Origin: Spizellomyces punctatus DAOM BR117
Taxonomy: Eukaryota
Assembly: GCA_000182565.2 (NCBI GenBank)
Contig: KQ257456.1
Length of the DNA: 64,000 bases
Direction: 5' to 3' (one strand)
Position 1 is the first letter of the stretch. Each line of letters begins with the position of its first letter. Shown here one piece after another: positions 46,820 through 58,555 of the stretch. The translations under genes and the position numbers were made by a program. Below the pieces are notes generated by a model. That model saw only the letters and a program-made list of their open reading frames with translations, searched no databases and was not told the DNA's origin.

Positions 46820-47329
46820 TTACGGACGGTCAGTGTGGGTAGCGACATGGGTATCAACACCGTGACCAGCAGTAATAAATTCTACACGGCTCTCTGCACG
46901 GCTGTCTGCACGGCTCTCAGCTCGACTCTCAGCTCGACTCTCAGCCCGACTCTCCTCCCCACATCCATCACCCCCAACAACCCAATACGGAGGCGGTTCA
47001 TCCCCACCAACCTCGCTACACTCCAAAACCATCCTCTCAAACCTCTCCCGACCTTTAGCAAAAGCCCCCAACCCACTCCCAAAATACACAACAACATACA
47101 AAACCCCTTTTCGAACAACAGCCGCATACCCTCTAAACTGCGTCCTTTTATTTCCCTTCAAGACAAAATGCCAAATTACACCCCCAGAGCACCATCCCTC
47201 CATTGTTTGTCGCGTCGCTTCCACAAGGTCTTTATGCGCGGCTTCCAAGAGTTCTTTTAATGCTTTTTGGGTAGAGTTGGGTGTTGGGAATGGTGGGAGG
47301 AGGGTAATACATGTAGGTGGATGTGGAAT
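46820..47329 (-). CDS. C-terminal fragment of a hypothetical protein truncated by the gap; contains SRA(E/D) repeats
   Basis: Frame is open from the gap to 46820 and includes a 12-bp tandem repeat at about 46885-46950. Confidence 0.4.
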   Translation of the reverse strand: MPHPPTCITLLPPFPTPNSTQKALKELLEAAHKDLVEATRQTMEGWCSGGVIWHFVLKGNKRTQFRGYAAVVRKGVLYVVVYFGSGLGAFAKGRERFERMVLECSEVGGDEPPPYWVVGGDGCGEESRAESRAESRAESRADSRAESRVEFITAGHGVDTHVATHTDRP

Positions 47330-47862
47330 NNNNNNNNNNNNNNNNNNNNNNNNNNNNNNNNNNNNNNNNNNNNNNNNNNNNNNNNNNNNNNNNNNNNNNN
47401 NNNNNNNNNNNNNNNNNNNNNNNNNNNNNNNNNNNNNNNNNNNNNNNNNNNNNNNNNNNNNNNNNNNNNNNNNNNNNNNNNNNNNNNNNNNNNNNNNNNN
47501 NNNNNNNNNNNNNNNNNNNNNNNNNNNNNNNNNNNNNNNNNNNNNNNNNNNNNNNNNNNNNNNNNNNNNNNNNNNNNNNNNNNNNNNNNNNNNNNNNNNN
47601 NNNNNNNNNNNNNNNNNNNNNNNNNNNNNNNNNNNNNNNNNNNNNNNNNNNNNNNNNNNNNNNNNNNNNNNNNNNNNNNNNNNNNNNNNNNNNNNNNNNN
47701 NNNNNNNNNNNNNNNNNNNNNNNNNNNNNNNNNNNNNNNNNNNNNNNNNNNNNNNNNNNNNNNNNNNNNNNNNNNNNNNNNNNNNNNNNNNNNNNNNNNN
47801 NNNNNNNNNNNNNNNNNNNNNNNNNNNNNNNNNNNNNNNNNNNNNNNNNNNNNNNNNNNNNN
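47330..47862. other. Assembly gap (~530 N)
   Basis: Run of N. Confidence 0.99.
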
Positions 47863-48287
47863 NCATTGTATATGCCCTCCAACACTTTTGATAATGTCAA
47901 CTCGCTATGGACATGTAGAATGCCCATCCATTTGGTTGAGTTGCGTGATGAGACCTATCGAATCGTGATGGACCGGCGTCCACCCCTGTGGAACGGGAAT
48001 GGAATAATGCCCACATGCGACACGAGTTGCGTTTGTCAATGTATCATGATACGGTACATTGCATGATATATCCTTGATAATGTTGATGCATTCAATCACC
48101 GTCGACATTCAAAAAGTGTAAACAACTTTTGTCGACGAGGTATTTTACTCTGCATCTGCTTTGGACCGTCTTGCTAAGCAAGTGTGGCTTGGCACATGGA
48201 CCCACACATCACACATCACACTCTACAAATCTCCGCCAACGACAATCGTTTTTTTTTTATTTAAAAAACTCGCACGTAACAGCACAT

Positions 48288-49219
48288 CTATCCTCCCTCC
48301 TCATCACTCGTCGTCCTCCTTCTCAAAAACCACGCATCAGGGGGTTGCACCCCCCGATTCCTCGCATAATACCCTTCAAATAAACACACCTTTTCAAACC
48401 CATGCCGCCCATAAAACCTCAAAGCCTCCTCATTCGTCGTTTGAACATGCAAGCATAATTGCTCTACACTCGTATCCCCCACCGCGTGTCGTATGATTCG
48501 ATTCAGTAATGCGGAGCCGATGTGGAGTCGTCGGTAGGGTGAGAGGACTCCTAGTGTCATGATGTAGATCCTTGAGAGACCGGTGGGTGTGCCTTCTGGG
48601 GTTAAGATAGGTTCTTTTCGGCAGCAGATAGCACCAATAGGTGTATTATGATAAAATGCTAAAAAATAAAACACACAAAAAACAATCAGCTCAAAAAATA
48701 CGTATATACAAAATCTTGCACACATAAAAACGGCAAAAACGTACCTAAACAACTCAACTCTTTCGGATGCACAACAGCCACTTCCCGATAAAACTTGTCA
48801 TTATACCTCACAGGAAACACGACCGAATTAATCTGTCTCACCAAATGGACATTTTCCTCTTGTACAGCATGAAGCGATACACCCTGCGGTAACGACCTAA
48901 ACTCGCATCTTTTCCCATCCTCCTCTTTCCTTTTCCCATCTTTTAACCACGCTAATATTCCCCTTCCACCCGACCCACTTGCATCCCGACCCCGTTGTTT
49001 CCGCGAGGGTGGCACGACGGTCGAATCTCCCAATACTGGTGGAGGCGGTGGAGGAATGTAACAAGAAAGTGATATCCGACTCGGCGTATGCGTCGTCGGT
49101 TCCAACGTCTTTGTAGTCGTCGTCGTCGTCGTTGTGGTTGTTGTGGTTGTTGTTGTTGTACTACTCGTCAATGTTGTGCTTGGTGTACGACTGCGGGTAG
49201 GTGGAAAACTCAATAGCAT
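48288..49219 (-). CDS. NAA50: N-alpha-acetyltransferase 50 (NatE catalytic subunit, GNAT) with N-terminal extension; 2 exons
   Basis: INSVVFPVRYNDKFY, IGAICCR, IYIMTLGVLSPYRRLHIGS and LHVQTTNEEALRFYGRHGF; intron about 48744-48661. Confidence 0.85.
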
Positions 49220-50099
49220 CCCCCAAATAGGATACTCTACATTAACAAAAGCAGATTCTCTACAGAGTATTGTGCAGAGAGACCCTCGTTCAAAAGATAC
49301 TCGAGACAATCAAGAAAAAACTAAAAGGAAAAAAACCAAAGGTGGGGGAGTCGGCCACACACACACAGACGGGCACACAAATGAAAACCCACCATTTGCA
49401 TAAACGCGCGACAAGTTGAACAGTGTTCGCGTGTCCAGTCACATGATCCATCGTTCGGTAAAAATGGAACACTTGTTCGCTTTTTGTTTAACACTCTGCA
49501 GATGCATCAACCGTCCAGAACCCATCTTTTGTCGGGGTCGTAACTAACACGTAGCTGTGTGATCCCATTTGTATTGGCATGCTTGGCGACTAGCACAGAT
49601 GCGTATCCTCGAAAAGTGGTGAATATTCTTTTGGCACCGTTCGCGCGATCTTGCTGCTCATCTGGAGGCGATGGATGGGGTTTGCACAGACAAGGGTAGT
49701 GGGGTCTAAACTTTTTCGTATGGCTGAAACCTCTACAGGGACGCTAAATAAAAGGCGGCTAGAGTATGGATGGTCTGGATTGGCCGAGCAGTTAAACCAA
49801 AGGTGGACCAGCAAAAAGGCGGTATCTTATTTAGGAAAACCGTTCGTTACGCCAATTAATAGATCTGGAAGCTTTACTAAAAACCAGAATCCAGAATAAC
49901 CTCACTATCGTGTCTATAAATTAAATAAAAAAAAAAATAACTTCACATTGACACTGCTACGCACCGAACAAGGATCTGGGGTTTTCTTGAATTATCATTA
50001 AACGCTCGAAGCGAGCGATACTTTTGCCTCCACTCTTTCCGCACTAGCCCAAGTGCTAGTCTCCCCACTATCACGCCATGTGAACACATCACAGTAATT

Positions 50100-53000
50100 C
50101 AAGTCCCATCTCAACAAAAAAAAAGACAAATCATAAACATCAAGGCAGAAACGCCGTTCAATCCTAGCTCCTTCATACTACCCACAAGATCAGTCATCCA
50201 ACCCACAGGTAACGACAGCCCTTTCTGCGCCGCACGAACCCTCATCCCTCGTCCTCGCAACATATCTTCATCAATATGAGTCCACCACTAGATACGCACC
50301 GCACAATCCAAGACTCATCACCCACCTTCTACTCACACAACAAAAATGAGCCAAACCGCCATCAAAACCACAATACTCAAAATACATACCACTAGCATCC
50401 CGCACCCGGACTGTAATGCTCGTCCGCAACCGAAACCGGTACGGCCCACAAGGTCGATACTCACTCGCAAGCGGTCTAAACAGTGTCGTACCACTCGGTA
50501 AAATCACCTACGCTGTCCATTAGATCTAGCAGCATATCCACCAAAACACCATGGACGTACCTCAACCCCCCACAAACTCGTATCAACAGCATTCCAAATC
50601 CTCGCTTCCACATCTACCCGACACAATCCGCCCCGTCCAATAGGTATTTCAGCAGGGGATTCAAACTTTGCCCGACATCGACGTAGAGCGACGGGAACTG
50701 TGATGCGAAAGAGTGGAAACTTCTGCAAAACATATCATCATGAGATTCCGGTGCCAGTGTAGGAGATTGCTAGACTTACCTGGATTATACCAAGGAGGTG
50801 CTGCAAAAGTTGTGTGCTAGATACTTTCTGGAGCCCCTTTATTGATTGGAATAAACCATCGCAAGCCACATGGTCTTGCATACTCATCACCCTTGCGAAA
50901 ATCCCAAATGTCAGCAAAGCGAAAATTGAAAACGGATGACAGACCCCTTACCTGTGTAATCCCGCCATCTGTTCCCTAAGAACCTTCACAAACTCATCCA
51001 CCCTACGCAAAATACGTCAAAACGGAAGAAACACTCTCACAGGCGTAACCACACAAACCACATACCGAAACTCCACATCTTCCCATCCCGTCATCCTCAT
51101 GACAACCCAGCATATCCTCGCAAAAACCCCCAAGATCTCCAAAACACCTTTACATCCACGCGACAGTCCCACGTACATGCACTGCATACGATACGTCAGT
51201 TCCAACAGCCGAGACGCAAGTTCCATGATACTTGCACGCCGATGTGGGATGCTAATCGATTCTTTGATCTGTACTCCCAAGTTTTATCATTTGTGTTTTC
51301 CCACGATGCAATTCAGGGACAGCATACCTTGAGGACACTGATACAACAGTTCACATAGTCCCGCGCAAAACGAACGACGCCGGAATCAATCGTCTCGGAT
51401 TTACATAGGCATTCCAAATCTCTATAATGTTCCAAAAATTGGTACCTTGCCACTGGTTGAATGCAATACCACTATATGTTACCTCAAGAAATTTGTTAAA
51501 AGCCTCTGAGCAATCTGGGATTTCCCCTCTGCTTCAAAATGTGTGACAGTATCCAACACAGTATGTAGCTTGGTGGTTATATCCGATAGTGGTGCATCTA
51601 ACAAGGATACCTGTGCTCAGCACACATAGACATTATCAATGCCAAGAAAAGTTACTCACGACTATCCAACTGACTCTGCAACGTACTCTGCAACGTATTG
51701 TCCTCTCTCATTTTCTCCTCAGGCGGAGCACTTTGTGGAACCTTACCACATAATTCAGTACGCTTGCAACAACCAACACGCTCTCACATCATGTACCTGA
51801 AGATGCGGAGCCAATAACGGAAACTTTGCCCGCAGATACGGCAACTGCTGAAGAACTGTCTTTGGCAACTTGCGTTTCGCCATACCCGTCGAATACGCAC
51901 TAAACACTACAATCAAGTGGCCCATATCTATATCGTAGCGTATGTCACATAAACGCATCATAATTATACACCAGAAGGAACGTACAGGTATCATCTTCCA
52001 GTGGCACCTCCTTTGGCAAGAATCGGTGATCCAGATTCAAGAGCTGTGCAATGAGCGAGTCTATCAACCCATTATATTAATACCACAAGCAAGTTATGTA
52101 GCCCAATTTTGCAATTCTGCATACCTATCATTTCAGCAGAGCCCCGGCCGATCTCTTGGGCGCATTGGAATAATGACAATTTATCTTCAGGAAACCGACC
52201 AAGATTCTGGTCGAGCAAAGACAGCACAAGTCGTAGGGTCTCAATACTCGACACCCGCACCGCCCTGGTGAATACTCATCAGAACTCGGAAGATCCATGA
52301 GGACCAACCAGACAACATACCCGAGCAATCGATGAGCAGCATGTCGGATAGTTTGGTCTGCATCCCGCAATATCAAAGACATGCTCTCAATTTGAGAATC
52401 ATCCATGGTGGTCGCTTGAATATGAGCCATTCGGCGTAGACTGTTGATCGCATTTAGGCGAACGCTTTCTGTCTCGTCGTTTAGGATATCTACGCGCATT
52501 TCTTATATTAGCAATAACGCTGTCGAGCGTCCTGGTAATGTTTCCACTCACCTACAAGGAATTCTAGAGACTTTTGCGCAAACGGTGTCGAAACCAACAC
52601 CAAATCGGACACAGCGTCTAGACAATTGGCAATTTTAGCAGGGAAATGAATCTATGCCCATCAACAAGCAAGTCTCCTCCGCTGGAGTCTCGTCTGCACC
52701 CACCAACTGCTGAATTTCTTACTGCCGCAAACTGATCCTCTACTCCTAGTACAAATGCGCCAGAGAGGGTTACATCCATGGCAAGGGTTGACCCAGCAAG
52801 TCCCTTTGCAGCCGACTTTTTTTGATTCGATTTACTTGATGTCTACATGAAAGAGCGCAGATGTTAGGCTCAAAGATCTTGAGTGTCTAAAACGCAAGCT
52901 ACGCACCTTTCCGGAACTCGGTCGGCCAAAACCACCTTGGTCAAACACCTCCATCAACTCCTTGCTCAATGTCTGCAACAACAGTAATGTATCGATCCTA

Positions 53001-54047
53001 TCCGACGTTCCCAAATACGTACACGTCTAACAAAATGATTGTCAATATATCACGGAAAGTATAATGGATAATTGCCATACCTTGGAACGAACAACCGGAC
53101 AGTTATCATTAATCATCATACAGAAACTCAAGAATACTTCGCGCGTGAGGCGTGCCTGGTCTGTTGACCCTCTGCGGGTAGTGGCTTGTAAATCCAGACT
53201 CGAGGCTCGGAGCGCCCTATCATTATCATTAGAATGTACAGGCGTTTAACCAGCGTCACATCAATACATACCACACGAGATGCATAGCACCTAATCGAAC
53301 ATCGCTTGAATCATCCCGTAAGCAGTGCAATGCGGTCTGAATATCCAAGGAAGGACGTATTCCAGCAATAACCAAATGCGCCAAACCATGTAACGCATTC
53401 TATTACACGGATCAGAACCCAACATAGCTTCCCAAAATTTCGACCAACAGTCACTTACTCGTCGAACAACAGCATCTCCACTGCTCAACCCCCCGACCAA
53501 TACATCCAAAAGCACACTACTCTCAAGATCAACATCCATCCTCTTCATTTCACTAATCTGACACAACACCCTCAACAACTGCATACAGGCGCGCTGTGAG
53601 CGCCTGTCACCATCCACCCATATCATGCAAAGAGCAGATACAAGACGCTTTCGCACATCCTTTGGAATGAGGAGAATATCCCTGACCTTACATCCAGTTA
53701 GATATTATCCAGACGAATACGATACGGCACATGCATCCACCTCAAGCACTTGTGACAAAAAGTGAACGTCAAGAGTCTGAAGACGCTTTCCAGACGTCTA
53801 CCGCAATCATTTAGTACACAACTACCACTATTATGTCGAAGTACTTGATGCGTACCAAACTGTGCAACAGGACCAGCAATGCAGGTCGAGAAAGAGACGA
53901 GTGGGTGCGTGCGATCCGATAGAGTAACTTGGACCAGTTGACCTAGATCACGCACAATTACATCGCGTTATGTGAGCAGATACTTGAATAGAACATGGAG
54001 TCGGAGCATACGTTGCGTCGGCCTTGCGTTTGTGTGGAAGACGGCAT
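50100..54047 (-). CDS. INTS4: Integrator complex subunit 4-like HEAT-repeat protein; many exons, both ends approximate
   Basis: Spliced motifs LQTLSK, GAFVLGVEDQFAAVRNSAV, FAQKSLEFL/VDILNDETESVRLNAINSLRRM, NLGRFPEDKLSLFQC and HLIVVFSA...PYLRAKFPLLAP follow, in order, the INTS4 pattern as I recall it. Confidence 0.75.
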
Positions 54048-54599
54048 CTGCTGGTGATCTACAATTGACCAGCAGCATTCTGCTGTTGAGAGTCGAAGAT
54101 CACGTGATGCGCGACTAGGTCTTGGAAGAGCGTTCCATATCGTTAAAACGAACCTGCACTTTACAAACCACTTTTAAGATTCCTTTACGTCACTCAATAC
54201 TTCATCACTATGTGATGTTCCATGTGTTGGACTGTTGCAAAAGAACCCAAAGAAGCATCTTCAAGCCTAGTCAGTACAAGTTGAATGCGAAAGGAGCTGT
54301 AACTCAAACAGACTTGATAGCAAATCGAGCACGAAAGAGGCTGCAGTTTCAATCTTTCAATTCAAGGGCAGTACATAGGAAGAATGTACCTGTCATGAAG
54401 ATATCTAGGTCACCTGGTGAGGAAAGTATTTGGCGGTATAATACATACAGCGATGGATGCACTGATGACGATGAGGTTATCCAACGAACGAACGCTGTTG
54501 ACGACACCGCTAAGAAACGAACTACCAATTTCTAGCAAGACAATCCAGGAGATTAGTATCGGTGTTTCAACTAGAACAACTAGAACCCTTCGATTGATG

Positions 54600-57250
54600 C
54601 ACATGGCGACTATGTGACTTTATAATCGCTCCATGTTGCTCCCGAGCTGGTTTACCATGGCGATGCCTTTGGTAAATCCATGACCTTAGATTGAGATGAG
54701 CAAAGTAATTACCCCAAACATTATCTTGAACTCAATGTGATCGTCGCAAGAAAAATATTACAAGCAATTCACTTGGAAGATGATGCATGGGCAAAATAAG
54801 GAAGAAAAAAATGCAGTTGATGCGAGCTATGCAATTGAAGTTGATTACCAACATCAACAGCCTATGAGACACTTTGCATTCACATTCAAAAAGCAATCTG
54901 AAAGGTGGATTTCTAACTGTGGATTTCCGCTAGGATAACCTCCTTTGCATTATGTTTTACTTGATGCTATCACTCTCGCTACAAAAGTAATTTAGGGGAA
55001 GGAGAGCCATGTGGATTAAAATTAACTCTACCATGGGAGACACTAACCAGCTGACATAACGTGTTCTAACCTTCCATATGGCGTTTTGCGCAGCAATCCA
55101 CGTCTATAAAAACAGTCCTTTTCCCCGCATGCCCCGCTCCCATTCATTCGCATCAACAACGCCTCCACACATAAATCATCACTTTGTCGTACCGACACGA
55201 GAAGCTTCGGTCGGCCTTTTGTGGGCATGACCTTCTGCGCAGCGCATGCGCATGTCCACAGCGATGGGAGGACAAGGACGATAGACGTGCAGAGCGAGAG
55301 ACAAATTTGCACGTCGTCACGTACGTAGCCAGAACCCTATTCGGTTTTTGCCATGTAGGCACGGTGTCGTTGTTCACTACAAAAGCCCTACAAAGCGCAG
55401 AGTAGCCTTTCTGGAGCAAAGTCTATGTAATTCAAGTCATTCGCATACACTCTCATGAGATTTGCAGTGCGGATACGAGAGGACACGACAGGGCTCGACA
55501 TGCCCTGGACGCTATTGGCCAGGGGAAGAGGTCTCGCAAAACTGAGAACGTCCAAAGAAGTCATCAGCAAGACAAAAGAACCCCGCTAGCGTCGACAAAA
55601 GCTCGTGTCGTGCGCCGGCAAACCGTGGGACCGAAATTCAGATCACAAGCATCTCCAATACGGAATATTTAAAAGCGACAGCAAGATGAACCTACGGCAT
55701 ATACAAGCGGACAGAGAAAAGCACCGCCGCCGTGAATCATTATTGACTAGATTTAGTCCTTATCACACGAACCAAGTCTTGAAACGTCTGACGGGAAGAC
55801 CAAGGTACGTGTGCGGCTTCACCCTTCAATCCCGACTTTGGTTCACAACCCAAACGGTCAATGAGTGGTACCGCAAACCTTCACGGAAGACACTTTTGCT
55901 GGGTCGAACGAAGCTAACACGTCTTGGTCCTTGCGTGCCATCTCAACGCAATCTAAGATCTGGGCGGGTCTTTCTAGTTTGCCTGCAGAATTTTCTCCTG
56001 TCAGAGGTATGGTCAGCCAACGAAATACCCTTCTTCAGCACATGCGTCTTGACCAAAGACGAATGCGCGGTATGTACACCTGTCGCGCGCGAGTAAATTT
56101 ACACAATCAACAGCTTCCATCAACATCACCACGCAGATTCTAGAGCACAAGTAAGTCAATCACATGAGTATCAGCACTGCACTAACTCCACGATCCTGAT
56201 GGGGCGCCTGCAACATACGTTAGCCAATACCACAGGATGGCTCTTCGCTCTCGAATACCAGTTCAAAAGGCTGCCTTTCCATACGGTTATCAAAGTGGGT
56301 AGGCATGTATTTCCGGCACAGGTACGTCCAATAGACAGTCGCGAAAGTGCCAGACTGATTGCAATACACCCCAGGAATGCACTATTGAACAGGTTTTCAA
56401 AATGGTACTGTGAGGGTGCATTGCAGACTTCTGCCGCGATACTAGGATCGCTGGTGTACTTGTCCATTCGGACCAGGCGCCCCGTAAATATTTTCAAATT
56501 GCGTCGATATATGACACCCAATCACTTTGCCCATCAAAGGATCTTGGAGATTCACAACGAATGTTACATCTTGGGCTCAAGTTCAATCTAGGACGGACCT
56601 TAAACCAGTTGCAAGCTGGAAACGATATGAATTCCGAGATGTCCACGAGTTCAAGATACACAGGAAGCAAAGAAACGGCAACAAGATGTTCTGGTACTGC
56701 ACGTTGCGCGCTCTCTCTGCATCGTATGCTTGGACCTTTACTACCTCTTTGAAATCACATTGTTGTCAAAACGCACTCACAGGCGTTCCACGGTATGTAA
56801 ACCATATATCTTGATCGCCGCTCAACATGCCCCAAGTCAGAATGGCTTGAAGCACCGTACGTATAAAGATAAGACCATCTGAACCGGTAGTCGCAGTCGA
56901 ATGGCAGAGTGCTTACATTTGAACTCGCAACATCACTGTGCCACTAGTCCGGACATGTCCGACAGCTAAAGACACCAAGTTTTCAACGTGTACTGCTCCA
57001 AGAGCCTCGCACCACCAGAGTATCAGAATATGAAACCAAACAACGGGTTGTCCCTGGGATTGCCATTCCCAAACGCCAATAACGAACAGATGGGATCGGA
57101 ATCTGGTAGGCTTACTCATTATATTAATGGGCCTTTATACCAAGGGTTTGTTTGGTACTTTGCTTTGCCAAAGCCGGTGACAGAGCAGATGCGTATGCCA
57201 GTAACCAGCGTACACACTGGAGAGCTTGTTATACATGCGAGTTGACGCGC
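54600..57250 (+). mobile_element. Highly decayed LTR-retrotransposon-like (Ty3/gypsy-type) pol remnant
   Basis: Stop- and frameshift-riddled frames carry scattered RT-like EYQFKRLPF (~56255) and integrase-like LVHSDQ (~56460), GVPRY (~56780) and SQSNGRV (~56890). No intact ORF or LTR pair found. Confidence 0.4.
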
Positions 57251-57849
57251 GCCCGCTCAATGACTTGCGATGCATGCCATGCGCAGTATTACCCATACAT
57301 CTAACGCGGGTAGGATAGGTATGCGAAGCATGCCAAAATGTGTCCCCTTTCGCGCTTGATAGTACGTGGTCCATGCAGATGACAAGGAACATGCGCAGGT
57401 GCATCAGACAAGCGCGCGCCAACTCGCACGTGCGCCCATGCATTGCAACAGGTGATACGGTGATGCGCTGACCTTAAAATAACCTGCGCAGCATCACCGA
57501 GCGGTCACCTGCACATGGGATGCGCAGCACACCTGACTATGTTGACGCGTATCTACTCGTACTCAACGGCACGCACGCGGCAAGGTGTAGGCCGCACGAG
57601 ATGAGGATCACGTAGCTCATGCACATGGTGATGTGTCGGGGTGTGCCCCAAATGTGCATAACCAGATGCCAGAGATGAGAGGGGCGAATCGACTTACCAA
57701 CTTGCTTCAGCGATTCCCCAAGCGCTCCCGTTTGATGATGCGGCACGTCTGAGTCTCCATGTTTACATTTCCAAAATCCCCGCTTCAGAGTTACTAGTTG
57801 TCCCGAGCGATTCTGCGCTTTTATATTACAAGTCATCCAGTGCCGATCG

Positions 57850-58555
57850 CTGACTTACCTAGTCCATAGCGCGACTTTGACGATACTCCATGCCCACTTT
57901 CCACTCGCAGGGCAAAGAGTTACATCTGACTTACCGTACTGATCGGGCGAAGGTCCACACTACTCCAGTTTGCCTTCCAACTCACACAATCAATTGGTGA
58001 CTTACTGATTCATGCAATCTCTCGTGATACACCACATTTACATTCCCACGCGCATAGCAACGGTTTCGGTGTTCCTCATGAATATTCCTCCGTGTTACTT
58101 GCGCAATCTTCCACGTCCATCTTCCAACCCTAAGAGACTTACCGATGTCTTTGCGCGATCTCTACGTCAGCTTTCCACCACGCGAGACGGTTGAACACTT
58201 ACCGATTTCCTTACGCGATCTCCACGTCGACCTGGAAATTTCAACCCACGCGGTGACGATTGGTGACTTACCAATTTCCTTGTGTGAACTTCCACATGAA
58301 CCTGTAAAGTCCAACCCACGCGACAACGATTGGAGACTTACCGATTTTCTTGCTCGATCCTCCAAGTCCATCTTCCAACCTACGCGACCACGATTGGTGA
58401 CTTACCGATTTCCTTGCACGATCCTCCACGTCGACCTGGAAATACCAACCTACGCGACGACGATAGGTTACTTACCTATTACCTATCTCCTTGAACGATC
58501 CTCCACGTCGACCTGGACATACTAACCTACACGACGACGATAGGTTACTCTCAAT
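57850..58555. repeat. Degenerate ~70-bp minisatellite (about 9-10 copies)
   Basis: ACTTACC anchor at about 57853, 57929, 58137, 58197, 58266, 58336, 58400 and 58470. Approximate consensus GACTTACCGATTTCCTTGCGCGATCCTCCACGTCGACCTGGAAATTCCAACCTACGCGACGACGATTGGT. Confidence 0.9.

Noticed and set aside
46820-48066. Long ORFs spanning the N-run
   Set aside because: Artefacts of translating assembly gaps; the same applies at 28181-28438.
57850-58555. ~70-bp periodic repeat as a CRISPR array
   Set aside because: The whole unit, including would-be spacers, is homologous between copies; no cas genes nearby.
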